From NCBI GenBank assembly GCA_964576935.1, contig CAZNXD010000001.1, forward strand, positions 1 through 40,616: a stretch of 40,616 bases of DNA, in the 5' to 3' direction. This document shows positions 19,248-26,734 of this stretch, piece by piece. This DNA is from an uncultured Pirellulales bacterium. Its GTDB lineage: Bacteria > Planctomycetota > Phycisphaerae > Sedimentisphaerales > Anaerobacaceae. Position 1 is the stretch's first letter, and the number at the start of each line of letters is the position of its first letter. The position numbers and the translations under genes were made by a program. The notes below the pieces were generated by a model that had not been told where the DNA came from, made no database searches, and saw only the letters and a list, made by a program, of their open reading frames with translations.

Positions 19248-20237
19248 CTATACTCCGTCTATCATAGCTACCACTACGCCATCATGTTTTGCTACTGATA
19301 CTCCATCGTTCTTGCCACCCCAACCTGCGGCAACCGCTTCCGTAGCATACCCAGTTAAGAAAAAATCCGTATCAGTACTGGCTATCTTACCTTCCACTAA
19401 ATAACTGTCGTCACATGATATAAAAACCCAGTGATGTTTGGCACTAGGCATCCATAAATCATATGTATCCCAAGCAGACCCTTCTGTTCTTAGCCCATAC
19501 CTATTACTGCTAACGCCAGGGATTTCATAAAACCCCATGACACTAGTATCAGGAAGTGCGGTAAGGTTAATCCATGAGCCGGTAGAGCCAAGGGAAACAT
19601 CAGTAGCATTAGTATTAAAGGTAGCCCCATCTGTAAAGTAGCCAACTAGAAAGAAACGATTATACTGGGAACTATGCGCTATTTCACATATTTGGGATTC
19701 GTCACAGCCAATGATAACACCAAAGGCATTTCGGTAGTAAGTATAATTAGTTCTGTCATCGGTGGAACCATTTTTCCTAACGCCCCATACTGAGTTGGAC
19801 GATGCAGCCTCACATTCAAATATCAATCCTGTTGCACTGGGGGCATTAGCAGAACAGTCTACGTCATCCCAGTTACTATCGGAGTTTGGAGTATAGTCTA
19901 CCCCGTTGGTCAGGAATGTTACTCCTGCCATAGTATAAGCTAATACCCATACCTCCATCTCAGAAGCATCTTCTAAGTAGGCTTCAAAAACACGATTAGC
20001 GTCAACACCTATCGCTGCCCCCAAGTGTACTCTATCCTTAAAAGCACTTGTACGGTTGTCGGTAGAGCCGTTCTTTCTGACCCCTACATCTTGGTTAGTA
20101 CCTTCGTTATTGACAAGGTAGAGAATCACGCCTGTAGAATCAGCGGGTATAGAAGCAGATACATCTATATCAGTCCACGTTCCATCTACAGCATGGGTTA
20201 CGTTTACTGGCGTTATCGGATAAACAGTCTGTGCCAT
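19248..20237 (-). CDS. Tail fibre cluster protein built from three tandem ~98-aa domain copies (receptor-binding candidate)
   Basis: 329 aa. The repeated core is VGVRKNGSTDNRT / WGVRKNGSTDDRT / YGLRTEGSAWDTY, and each copy is flanked by similar beta-strand patterns. Confidence 0.7.
   Translation of the reverse strand: MAQTVYPITPVNVTHAVDGTWTDIDVSASIPADSTGVILYLVNNEGTNQDVGVRKNGSTDNRTSAFKDRVHLGAAIGVDANRVFEAYLEDASEMEVWVLAYTMAGVTFLTNGVDYTPNSDSNWDDVDCSANAPSATGLIFECEAASSNSVWGVRKNGSTDDRTNYTYYRNAFGVIIGCDESQICEIAHSSQYNRFFLVGYFTDGATFNTNATDVSLGSTGSWINLTALPDTSVMGFYEIPGVSSNRYGLRTEGSAWDTYDLWMPSAKHHWVFISCDDSYLVEGKIASTDTDFFLTGYATEAVAAGWGGKNDGVSVAKHDGVVVAMIDGV
19338..20189 (-). repeat. Threefold internal tandem duplication (period about 290-295 nt) inside CDS 19248..20237
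   Basis: The core motifs fall at roughly 20065, 19771 and 19480. Protein-level similarity is clear, but the nucleotide copies have diverged. Confidence 0.65.
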
Positions 20238-20587
20238 TATCTTACCGTTACAACCTTAATGCCTAATTCAGTGCGAAGTTCGTTAACTCTGGTAGAAGCA
20301 GATTGGAGGTCAGTCTCCGCTTCCTCTAATTGCTTTTCCGCTGTCACTTCTTCATAGAGACCATAGGACTTTGCCCACTCATAGTAATCATTCCAAAGTG
20401 TTTTTGCTGCTTCTGTATGTGCCTCGGTTTCCACTTCTGTTACACCAACACTATGTTTCTTGGAATAATAAGGTGTGGATAATTCATGAACAGCCAGTTC
20501 GTATTCCTTATCCTTGGCAAGTTTAGCCAATACTTGTGCCTCGGTTAAGTATCTTGGTGGTTTTTGTTTGTATTCTGTTTTTATCAT
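20237..20587 (-). CDS. Hypothetical protein, 116 aa, between the fibre genes (assembly factor candidate)
   Basis: Stop/start overlaps (TAATG) on both sides. The C-terminus is coiled-coil-like. Confidence 0.6.
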   Translation of the reverse strand: MIKTEYKQKPPRYLTEAQVLAKLAKDKEYELAVHELSTPYYSKKHSVGVTEVETEAHTEAAKTLWNDYYEWAKSYGLYEEVTAEKQLEEAETDLQSASTRVNELRTELGIKVVTVR

Positions 20588-22704
20588 TAATCTACCTCAT
20601 TCCAATCAGGATTAGCTGTCACTACGACTACATTAGTTGTCTTAACCCACCCTACCGCTTTCTGGAACTGTCCTGTGGTTAGGTTAGTAGTGGTTAATTG
20701 ACCACTTGTAGCTGCACTTATAAAAGCTGCCGCCCCTACTGTCAATGCGGGGAAGGCTGCGTCAGCCCTGATTATACCCTGTAGCATTATGGTAACGGAG
20801 GCTTCTGCAGCCCCAGCGACAATAACAAGACCTGTCATGGGAGCAACGGTAGCAGCGGCATCTCCTTTAGCTAGCCACCATTTACTGTCCCCTGCCTTAA
20901 AGTAAACGGCCTCACCGAAATCTATTTGTTCCCCTGCTGTGCCAGTCATTGAGTCCGTTGCAAAGAATTTGCCATCGGCGCTTAAGGCTGCTGGATACTT
21001 AATAGCTAGTTGTTCGGGAACAGCAGCGGTATATAACAGGGCTAGTAATTCTGCATAGGTCTTGCCATCTAACCCATTAGCAGTCCATACAGTGACCTCG
21101 GCAGCATTTGGTGAGCCATCTACTGTTACCAAGTGGTTATCTGTAATAGCATGGGCAATAGCGTGAACATGGTCTGAACGAGCCAAGGTATCAGCCGTTC
21201 CTTCACTAGCAGCCACTACCACACTTATTTCAGCAGCAGCAGCACAATCAAGGGCATCGCCACCATCATTAGGAGAGTGGCTTGCCTGATGTGCTTTAGG
21301 GGCATTATCAGCAGTAACATCAGCCAGCGCGGTAATAGCATCAAGTTTGGTTATCTGGGCAGCCGTAGCATGACCTTGAACAGCAGCCGTAGCATTTCTG
21401 GCGTTATGGTCAAAGATATATTCGGAGGTAACTACCTTTGTAGCTAAATCCTCAGTAGGTGGATTCTCTAGGTCAGATATGGTTAGAACCTGGTCGCCTT
21501 TGGAAGCAGGGTCATAAGTGGCGGCTAACATATCGCCACCGCCAGCACCCTCAGTAGTTACCCATGCAGCACCGTTATAATAGACCATCTTATCAAGAGT
21601 ACCATCGTAAGTAAACATACCCTCAACAGGAGTAGCAGGAAGGGAAGCGGTAGCGATGGGTGAGAATCTTAAGGGTAAAGTGGCTTGGAAGTAAGGGTCG
21701 GCTGCACCCTGTATACGAGCTACTTCGGCTAAAGCTCCATCAGTTATAAGGGCTTTGAAATTAACGTAAGCATCATTTACAGACCGTGTACCAAAAGAGC
21801 CGCTACTACCGTGGTATGAAAAAACCGTACCTACTCGTAAGGTATCTGAGATGAGACTCTTATAGCTGCTATCATCAGCATTCCTGATGGCAATGGTATT
21901 AACATCTATTTCCTTAATTACTAGGTTGGTAGTTTTTAGTCTGGCTGCGCCAATACTTACATTCCCACTAGCATCAATTGTAGCTAGGGAAGCCTTGACC
22001 CCTTTAGCTCCATCGTCACCAATAACTATTGCTGTGGCAGTTAGATTGGCAGCAGCGGTTACATCACCATCTGCATATAGAGTATCATTATAGGTTTTAA
22101 GAGTGGCTTTAAGATTTGCCCAGGTTAGTTCCTTTAAGGCATTGGCAGCTACGGAGTCTATGAGTGCAAGAGTGTCGGCATCAGCAGGAGTAGTCTTACC
22201 AGCCACACCAACTATGGAAGAGGCTATGTTCACTGCATCAGTGACATCAGCGTTATCCTCTATCAAGTCTAACTTGGTTCCGTCTGTCGATACGTCTCTA
22301 CCATCAATGGTCATAGTATGGCCATCAGTAGAGTGAGCAGTATTCTCCACCAAGTTCAGGGAGAGGTCAGACTTAACCTCTGTATATGACCTACCCTCTA
22401 GAGTATCGGCATCGGTAAAGCGGGCGAAGTCATTAGCTACAGGAGTGCCAGATATATCTACAGTACCGCCACCAGTAACAGTGGCAAACTCTAATGCTGT
22501 ACCTAAGGTATTAACCCTCACATACTTGAGTTCGTCACCAGCATAACCACCTGGGGTATCGTCTAGTTCGGTGAAATTGCTGATACCAGCCGAAGCCTCC
22601 TGGACAAGACGGGATATAGCCTCGACTATGGCAGTAGCATCGTTACCAATAGCCTGGGATATTTTACGGGTGTAGAATTCCTTCAGCTCGGGTGTAACAA
22701 CCAT
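20587..22704 (-). CDS. Tail fibre protein, 705 aa
   Basis: N-terminal FTELDDTPGGYAGDELKYVRVN, long Ala/Thr/Gly/Val-rich stretches, and the ARSDHVHAIAH His-x-His motif seen in many phage fibres. Confidence 0.75.
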   Translation of the reverse strand: MVVTPELKEFYTRKISQAIGNDATAIVEAISRLVQEASAGISNFTELDDTPGGYAGDELKYVRVNTLGTALEFATVTGGGTVDISGTPVANDFARFTDADTLEGRSYTEVKSDLSLNLVENTAHSTDGHTMTIDGRDVSTDGTKLDLIEDNADVTDAVNIASSIVGVAGKTTPADADTLALIDSVAANALKELTWANLKATLKTYNDTLYADGDVTAAANLTATAIVIGDDGAKGVKASLATIDASGNVSIGAARLKTTNLVIKEIDVNTIAIRNADDSSYKSLISDTLRVGTVFSYHGSSGSFGTRSVNDAYVNFKALITDGALAEVARIQGAADPYFQATLPLRFSPIATASLPATPVEGMFTYDGTLDKMVYYNGAAWVTTEGAGGGDMLAATYDPASKGDQVLTISDLENPPTEDLATKVVTSEYIFDHNARNATAAVQGHATAAQITKLDAITALADVTADNAPKAHQASHSPNDGGDALDCAAAAEISVVVAASEGTADTLARSDHVHAIAHAITDNHLVTVDGSPNAAEVTVWTANGLDGKTYAELLALLYTAAVPEQLAIKYPAALSADGKFFATDSMTGTAGEQIDFGEAVYFKAGDSKWWLAKGDAAATVAPMTGLVIVAGAAEASVTIMLQGIIRADAAFPALTVGAAAFISAATSGQLTTTNLTTGQFQKAVGWVKTTNVVVVTANPDWNEVD

Positions 22705-22794
22705 TACCTACTCCTCATAGTTCTAGAAGGTCTTGTCCTCCCGACACTGCGGGTTTCACGAAGTCTTATTCGACTGGTCTGTGCCTTGGCTATG

Positions 22795-23058
22795 TTACGG
22801 CGTGCTGCCGCTTTGACTCGGCTTGTCGTTGTTAATCGCCTTGCCATCCTTCACAATCTCCTTCTTTGGTTCTGGTAACGGAATAAGGCTCCCGGTAGCA
22901 TGGTCGAATACTGCTCCATACTTTAATTCCAAGAGCGAGATATAGTTCAGTACTGCGGCCTGGTTCCGCTGGGACTCTGCCTGGGCATTGGCCAAAGAGC
23001 CTCTGAGAATATTAAGTGACCATAGTTCTTCCTGGCTAATCTTTACTGGTGTTGCCAT
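22795..23058 (-). CDS. Hypothetical protein, 87 aa
   Basis: GGAGGAG RBS. Second gene of the leftward operon. Confidence 0.6.
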   Translation of the reverse strand: MATPVKISQEELWSLNILRGSLANAQAESQRNQAAVLNYISLLELKYGAVFDHATGSLIPLPEPKKEIVKDGKAINNDKPSQSGSTP

Positions 23059-23062
23059 TTTC

Positions 23063-23662
23063 TTACTCCTCCGCTATTTTATTTAGTACTGGCTCGGTAC
23101 GCTGTCGTGTACCTATCTTTACTGTCTCAGTAGTGCGGCTGATATCGAGGAAGAAGTCTGTCCAGTGGGCATCAGGGGTATCTCCGTTGCCGCCGTTATT
23201 ACCTAGCAATTGCTCTAGGGTCTGGAGTTGCTGTGGCGTATAGTGCTGTCTCATACGGAGGAGATACTGGAAGTCCTGGGAGTCCATGCCCACGTTCACT
23301 TCCTTCTGCTCCCCATCTACTTCCACAATGCGAGTATGCTTCTCCAAACTAGCCTTTGCCACACGAAAGTCCTTCTCGAGAATAAGCCGGTAATTCCTAA
23401 GTGTCTCTAGGCCTACATACTCCAGGGCCAGGGTCTTCCTTAATTCAGGTAGGCTATTCTCACACTCTAGAAAGACCGAGTCTTTGCGCCAGTGGGATAG
23501 GGTGGACTTAGCATCACCGATAAGATTGAGGGCCTCACGAATAGTAAAGCCGCTGCAACGTAAGCCCAAATACCTAGACCTGTTATCGTCTCGATTGAAC
23601 GGGACAAAGGAGCGTGGGATAGATTCCTCGGCTGGCTCTAATTCTGGCAAATCCTCAGTCAT
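23063..23662 (-). CDS. HTH-containing DNA-binding protein (terminase small subunit or regulator candidate), 199 aa
   Basis: Start is placed at ATG 23662 (RBS GGAAGGT) because the track start 23707 lies upstream of the predicted promoter -10. The segment FTIREALNLIGDAKSTLSHWRKD looks like an HTH. Confidence 0.55.
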   Translation of the reverse strand: MTEDLPELEPAEESIPRSFVPFNRDDNRSRYLGLRCSGFTIREALNLIGDAKSTLSHWRKDSVFLECENSLPELRKTLALEYVGLETLRNYRLILEKDFRVAKASLEKHTRIVEVDGEQKEVNVGMDSQDFQYLLRMRQHYTPQQLQTLEQLLGNNGGNGDTPDAHWTDFFLDISRTTETVKIGTRQRTEPVLNKIAEE

Positions 23663-23697
23663 AGATGTTACCTTCCATACCATTAGTCTAATAAGTA

Positions 23698-23727
23698 ATT
23701 GTACCATGAAGCGGCTGCTCCTGTCAA
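23698..23727 (-). promoter_or_regulatory. Leftward sigma70-type promoter of the structural arm
   Basis: The minus strand reads TTGACA (23727..23722), an 18-nt spacer, then TACAAT (23703..23698) with TGg extended -10. Confidence 0.55.
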
Positions 23728-23747
23728 TATGTATAATGTAAATTGGG

Positions 23748-23768
23748 GTATATATTATAATAATATAT
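23748..23768. promoter_or_regulatory. AT-rich imperfect palindrome between the divergent promoters (operator or UP-element candidate)
   Basis: The core TATTATAATA (23753..23762) is a perfect 10-bp palindrome. The flanks GTATA/TATAT are partly symmetric. A related copy lies at 31256..31285. Confidence 0.4.
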
Positions 23769-23804
23769 GCTGTTTTGCTTTATATTTTACTGGTTGTTTC
23801 TGGG

Positions 23805-23833
23805 TTGACTTGGGGGTTTGCTTGTGATATAAT
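23805..23833 (+). promoter_or_regulatory. Rightward early sigma70-type promoter
   Basis: TTGACT (23805..23810), a 17-nt spacer, then TATAAT (23828..23833) with TGa extended -10. Confidence 0.7.
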
Positions 23834-23839
23834 GGGTAT

Positions 23840-24133
23840 ATGGAGAGTTATGCTACGTTAAGATGTCAGGCGCAGATAGAGGCTGGTATTACGGAGGCCA
23901 ACAGCAAGGAAGGTATAGATTTCTGTATACACCAGTGCCCGTATAAGGATGGCTGTATTCTATTTGACTCGGCCACGATTAAGGGGAATAGAGTAAAGGC
24001 TAGAAAGATTATGGCAGACTTTACTAATAGACTATATAAACACGGAGTCTCGGTAAAGGATATAGGTATGATTATAGGGAAAGATAAGAGAACAGTACAC
24101 AGGCTGATTAACTATGCACGTTTGGATAAGTAA
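23840..24133 (+). CDS. Early HTH DNA-binding protein, 97 aa, apparently leaderless
   Basis: The ATG begins 7 nt after the last base of the -10, and there is no SD. The C-terminal segment VKDIGMIIGKDKRTVHRLINY is HTH-like. Confidence 0.65.
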   Translation: MESYATLRCQAQIEAGITEANSKEGIDFCIHQCPYKDGCILFDSATIKGNRVKARKIMADFTNRLYKHGVSVKDIGMIIGKDKRTVHRLINYARLDK

Positions 24134-24515
24134 AGCGAGGAAGGAAGCTACCTGCGCTTATTGCGAGAAGCCGATACTGAACAACTCCTACTTCGTAATG
24201 TGTACTTGGTACATGAATACGAAGGGAGGAAAGAGCTGGTTGAAGGAAAAGCGGCTACACCCGGAGTGCTGGCTTGAACAAGGAATTGCGGAGGTGGAGA
24301 AGAGGTCAATTACGGAGACTAGAGGAGGAAGGAACAGGCTGGTGATTACGGATGGGGATAGGGAAATCAGGATGAAGATACTGAGGAAGAGAGCAGCACT
24401 AGCACAAAGGGCCAGAGTAACTACGGATATGACAAAGCTGCTAAGGCTGTTAGGTAAGATGGACAAGTGTAAGGAAGAGGTAATGCTGTACGGGGGAGTA
24501 CCAGCAAAATGGTAA
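24114..24515 (+). CDS. Early hypothetical protein with CxxC...HxxC metal-binding pattern, 133 aa
   Basis: Intact ORF overlapping the upstream gene by 20 nt. CAYC and HPEC motifs are present. Confidence 0.6.
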   Translation: MHVWISKARKEATCAYCEKPILNNSYFVMCTWYMNTKGGKSWLKEKRLHPECWLEQGIAEVEKRSITETRGGRNRLVITDGDREIRMKILRKRAALAQRARVTTDMTKLLRLLGKMDKCKEEVMLYGGVPAKW

Positions 24516-24748
24516 GGAATAAGAATAGTAAGAACTTCAATATAGCTGGCAAGGACAATTCTGTGCAAAGGTCGTCCTATAATGACTATGTGAAGGCAGG
24601 GGAATGGAGGTGCCCCGAATCCCCTACTGGTGCGCATTACTGGGTAGAGCTGGTGGGGGAGATATCGAAGAAGGGCATAGGGCTGTTCATGTGTAAGTAC
24701 TGCTCGGCTACTAAGGAAATGCCGACTAGTATAACGACATCGCTTTAA
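24509..24748 (+). CDS. Early small Cys-containing protein, 79 aa
   Basis: ATGGTAA overlap with the upstream stop. CPESPTGAHYW...CKYC pattern. Confidence 0.6.
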   Translation: MVRNKNSKNFNIAGKDNSVQRSSYNDYVKAGEWRCPESPTGAHYWVELVGEISKKGIGLFMCKYCSATKEMPTSITTSL

Positions 24749-25066
24749 TACTGCATCATTGTACAGGATGCTACATCTTATGCAACTAGCAACTTTGTGT
24801 GAGGCTGAAAATTACGCTAAGAGAAATAGGAACGTATATATAACACTGTAAAGAGGCGGTACCGTATGCCCCTAGCCGATGATATATATTCTATACAATA
24901 TACAAGCTGGCAGGTACAGAAACTGTATGGTTTATATGCTATATTGTACAGGGTGTTGCTGGTTTATATTATATACCTTCCCCCATGCAACAACCAGGCC
25001 CAGTCTCCTGGGTGGTAGGTGGCCTGGCCGGTTCAAAAATTCTTTTTAAAAATAATCCGTAACCCC

Positions 25067-25095
25067 TTGACAAATGGGGTAGGATGTGTTATGAT
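25067..25095 (+). promoter_or_regulatory. Sigma70-type promoter
   Basis: TTGACA (25067..25072), a 17-nt spacer, then TATGAT (25090..25095) with TGt extended -10. Confidence 0.65.
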
Positions 25096-25272
25096 ATAGG
25101 TAATTGAATATGACATGGTGATATGAAGGCAATGTATATGGCAACAGGTTACAGGCTATACGCCTGACACAACAGGGCAAGGCATCCATTGAGGAGCAGG
25201 TGAAACTGTATGATGGGGGAAACCTGTCCGGCTACAATTGAATAAGGTCTGGGCTGCTGGGAGGTGATAAGA

Positions 25273-25446
25273 ATGTATAATGTACTCCTAGATGTCCAAA
25301 AGCTGGAACTGGTTAATGAGATTGTCAATACGCCTGAGCCTGAGCGAACTGAACGCTTTGGCACCAAATGGCCTGATATTGTAAGCCTGATAATGGTTTA
25401 CATAATTGACCAGATACAGGAGATGGCAAAACTAGTGCAGGCTTAA
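25273..25446 (+). CDS. Small hypothetical protein, 57 aa
   Basis: ATG 25273 lies 6-7 nt after GGGAGGTG. The track start at 25264 is a GTG inside the RBS. Confidence 0.5.
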   Translation: MYNVLLDVQKLELVNEIVNTPEPERTERFGTKWPDIVSLIMVYIIDQIQEMAKLVQA

Positions 25447-25544
25447 TGCCTGCCAGCAGCTCAGACAATCGCTTACAAAGTGGCAACGTTGTGGGTTTAT
25501 ACTATATCTATAATATTAATAAATATAAAGGAAGGTGTAAACTT

Positions 25545-26114
25545 ATGACAGAGGAAATAACCGAGACGGAAGAGCAGATACAGGCCGCAATGAAGCAGGC
25601 TATGGAAGCCAATGACTGGAATCAGGTCAAACGACTGGCCGCTGACTTGGACAAAATGGCGAAAGCTGAACAGGCCAAGGCCAAGGCTGAACTCCAATCC
25701 AAGCTGGCCGGTATCACGGACAAGGCCAAGAAAGCCTTTGATGCACTGGCTCAGAAGCTGATGGACACTGGAGACTACGATGGAGCTGATGGCTTCTGGT
25801 ACGTGAAGGACTTTGGAGATGCCAGCACTGGGATGAGGCTAACCAAGACTGCCAAACGTGTGAGTACTGGGGATAGCGCTGGCAAGTCCAGCTATGTGGC
25901 CGGTTTCCCGCCAAACAAGGAGATGCTGGACTTGGTAGGAGACATGGTGATGTTCGAAGCTGACACTACAGTCACTATCGACAAGGCTGAGCATACCATA
26001 TCTGCAGGGACTACGTTCAAGGAAGCTCATGACTATAGCAATAACGGAGGCTGGAGAAATAGGGTAAGGATGAGTCTGGGGAAGGCTTACACGAAGGCAA
26101 CAGGCGATAACTAG
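25545..26114 (+). CDS. Hypothetical protein, 189 aa, with N-terminal coiled coil
   Basis: ATG 25545 is preceded by AAGGAAGGTG. The residues upstream of it in the track ORF look non-coding. The N-terminal third is Ala/Lys/Glu-rich. Confidence 0.65.
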   Translation: MTEEITETEEQIQAAMKQAMEANDWNQVKRLAADLDKMAKAEQAKAKAELQSKLAGITDKAKKAFDALAQKLMDTGDYDGADGFWYVKDFGDASTGMRLTKTAKRVSTGDSAGKSSYVAGFPPNKEMLDLVGDMVMFEADTTVTIDKAEHTISAGTTFKEAHDYSNNGGWRNRVRMSLGKAYTKATGDN

Positions 26115-26136
26115 GTATACCCAATAAGCGGAAGAG

Positions 26137-26185
26137 ATGGAGCAGGACTAGTTGCTATCCTGCTCCATTTCTTTCTGTTTCTTTC
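26137..26185 (+). terminator. Rho-independent terminator
   Basis: Perfect 11-bp stem ATGGAGCAGGA/TCCTGCTCCAT (26137..26147 and 26158..26168) with a 10-nt loop, followed by TTCTTTCTGTTTCTTTC. Confidence 0.8.
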
Positions 26186-26308
26186 TATTCAATACAGTTC
26201 AATAAGGGGATGGCTAGGGGTAGGCTGTGTGTGTAATCAATGGGCTGGTGGAATGGCTTGTTGATACCGTCAACTGGGGATATGGATGTTATACTTTGGG
26301 GGGATGGA

Positions 26309-26338
26309 TTGACTTGGGTCGGTGCTGTATGGTATAAT
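26309..26338 (+). promoter_or_regulatory. Sigma70-type promoter of the small-gene early operon
   Basis: TTGACT (26309..26314), an 18-nt spacer, then TATAAT (26333..26338) with TGg extended -10. Confidence 0.65.
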
Positions 26339-26378
26339 GGACTATGGGATTGAATATGGGTACTGGTAAGGAGGCAGC

Positions 26379-26555
26379 ATGGAGACTAAATACTGTCCTG
26401 AGTGTGGGGAGAAGTCACTGTGCTTCATTGAGCAATGTGATGCTAGTGAGGGAGAGACAAAGGCTAGCTGGACTTGCGATTGCTGTACAAATATAGTCTA
26501 TATCTATGAGTCTGTAGATGAGGATTTTGGGTATAAGAAAGTGGTGCTAAGATAA
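26379..26555 (+). CDS. Zinc-ribbon protein, 58 aa
   Basis: AAGGAGG RBS. CPEC...CDCC pattern. It is below the track cutoff. Confidence 0.6.
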   Translation: METKYCPECGEKSLCFIEQCDASEGETKASWTCDCCTNIVYIYESVDEDFGYKKVVLR

Positions 26556-26566
26556 GGAGGCAACAA

Positions 26567-26710
26567 ATGGAAGTTAGGATTGTTAAGAAACTTGACATGC
26601 TGGGCAAACCATACTATGTAGTACAAGAGATAGTAACACCTGATGGTAAGTACATAGAATGGAATGAGATATTTGCTACGCAAGAAGCTGCTATAAGAGC
26701 GGCTACATAA
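26567..26710 (+). CDS. Small hypothetical protein, 47 aa
   Basis: AAGGAGG RBS 6 nt upstream of the ATG. It is below the track cutoff. Confidence 0.55.
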   Translation: MEVRIVKKLDMLGKPYYVVQEIVTPDGKYIEWNEIFATQEAAIRAAT

Positions 26711-26734
26711 GGGGAATTTGCTTAGGAGATAAGG

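Noticed and set aside
22705-22794. Intergenic gap in the fibre cluster as a promoter or terminator
   Set aside because: The only structure is a 4-bp stem (CCCG/CGGG). There is no -35/-10 pair on the minus strand and no U-tract.
2317-23410. All + strand track ORFs inside the left arm (e.g. 3533..3808, 6248..6607, 7135..7440, 11035..11691, 13018..13629, 13933..14769, 18688..19053, 20025..20357, 21887..22336)
   Set aside because: Each is embedded antisense in a long minus-strand gene. They have Ser/Leu/Arg-rich shadow-frame composition and lack an RBS.
23663-23707. Longer start (23707) for the first leftward gene
   Set aside because: It would begin upstream of the predicted -10 and TSS of the leftward promoter. 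ATG 23662 has a proper RBS.
24188-24637. 149-aa minus-strand ORF in the early region. Similar cases are 25497..26030, 26504..26809, 27540..27776, 28802..29014, 29854..30559, 31187..32102, 33494..33933, 34348..35274, 35457..36795, 37297..37557, 38238..38486 and 39484..39708.
   Set aside because: They are antisense to plus-strand genes that have strong RBSs and recognisable motifs. Their translations are low-complexity.
24994-25047. Hairpin CCAGGCC...GGCCTGG as the terminator of the first early operon
   Set aside because: The 7-bp stem has a 20-nt loop. The T-run (25041..25047) starts 13 nt after the stem, which is too far for a canonical intrinsic terminator. It is kept only as part of the non-coding island finding.
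24749-25263. Possible tRNA or small RNA gene in the long non-coding region
   Set aside because: I found no cloverleaf. The GGTTCAAAA at about 25029 lacks complementary T-stem arms and has no acceptor-stem pairing. An sRNA cannot be excluded, but the sequence alone does not support one.
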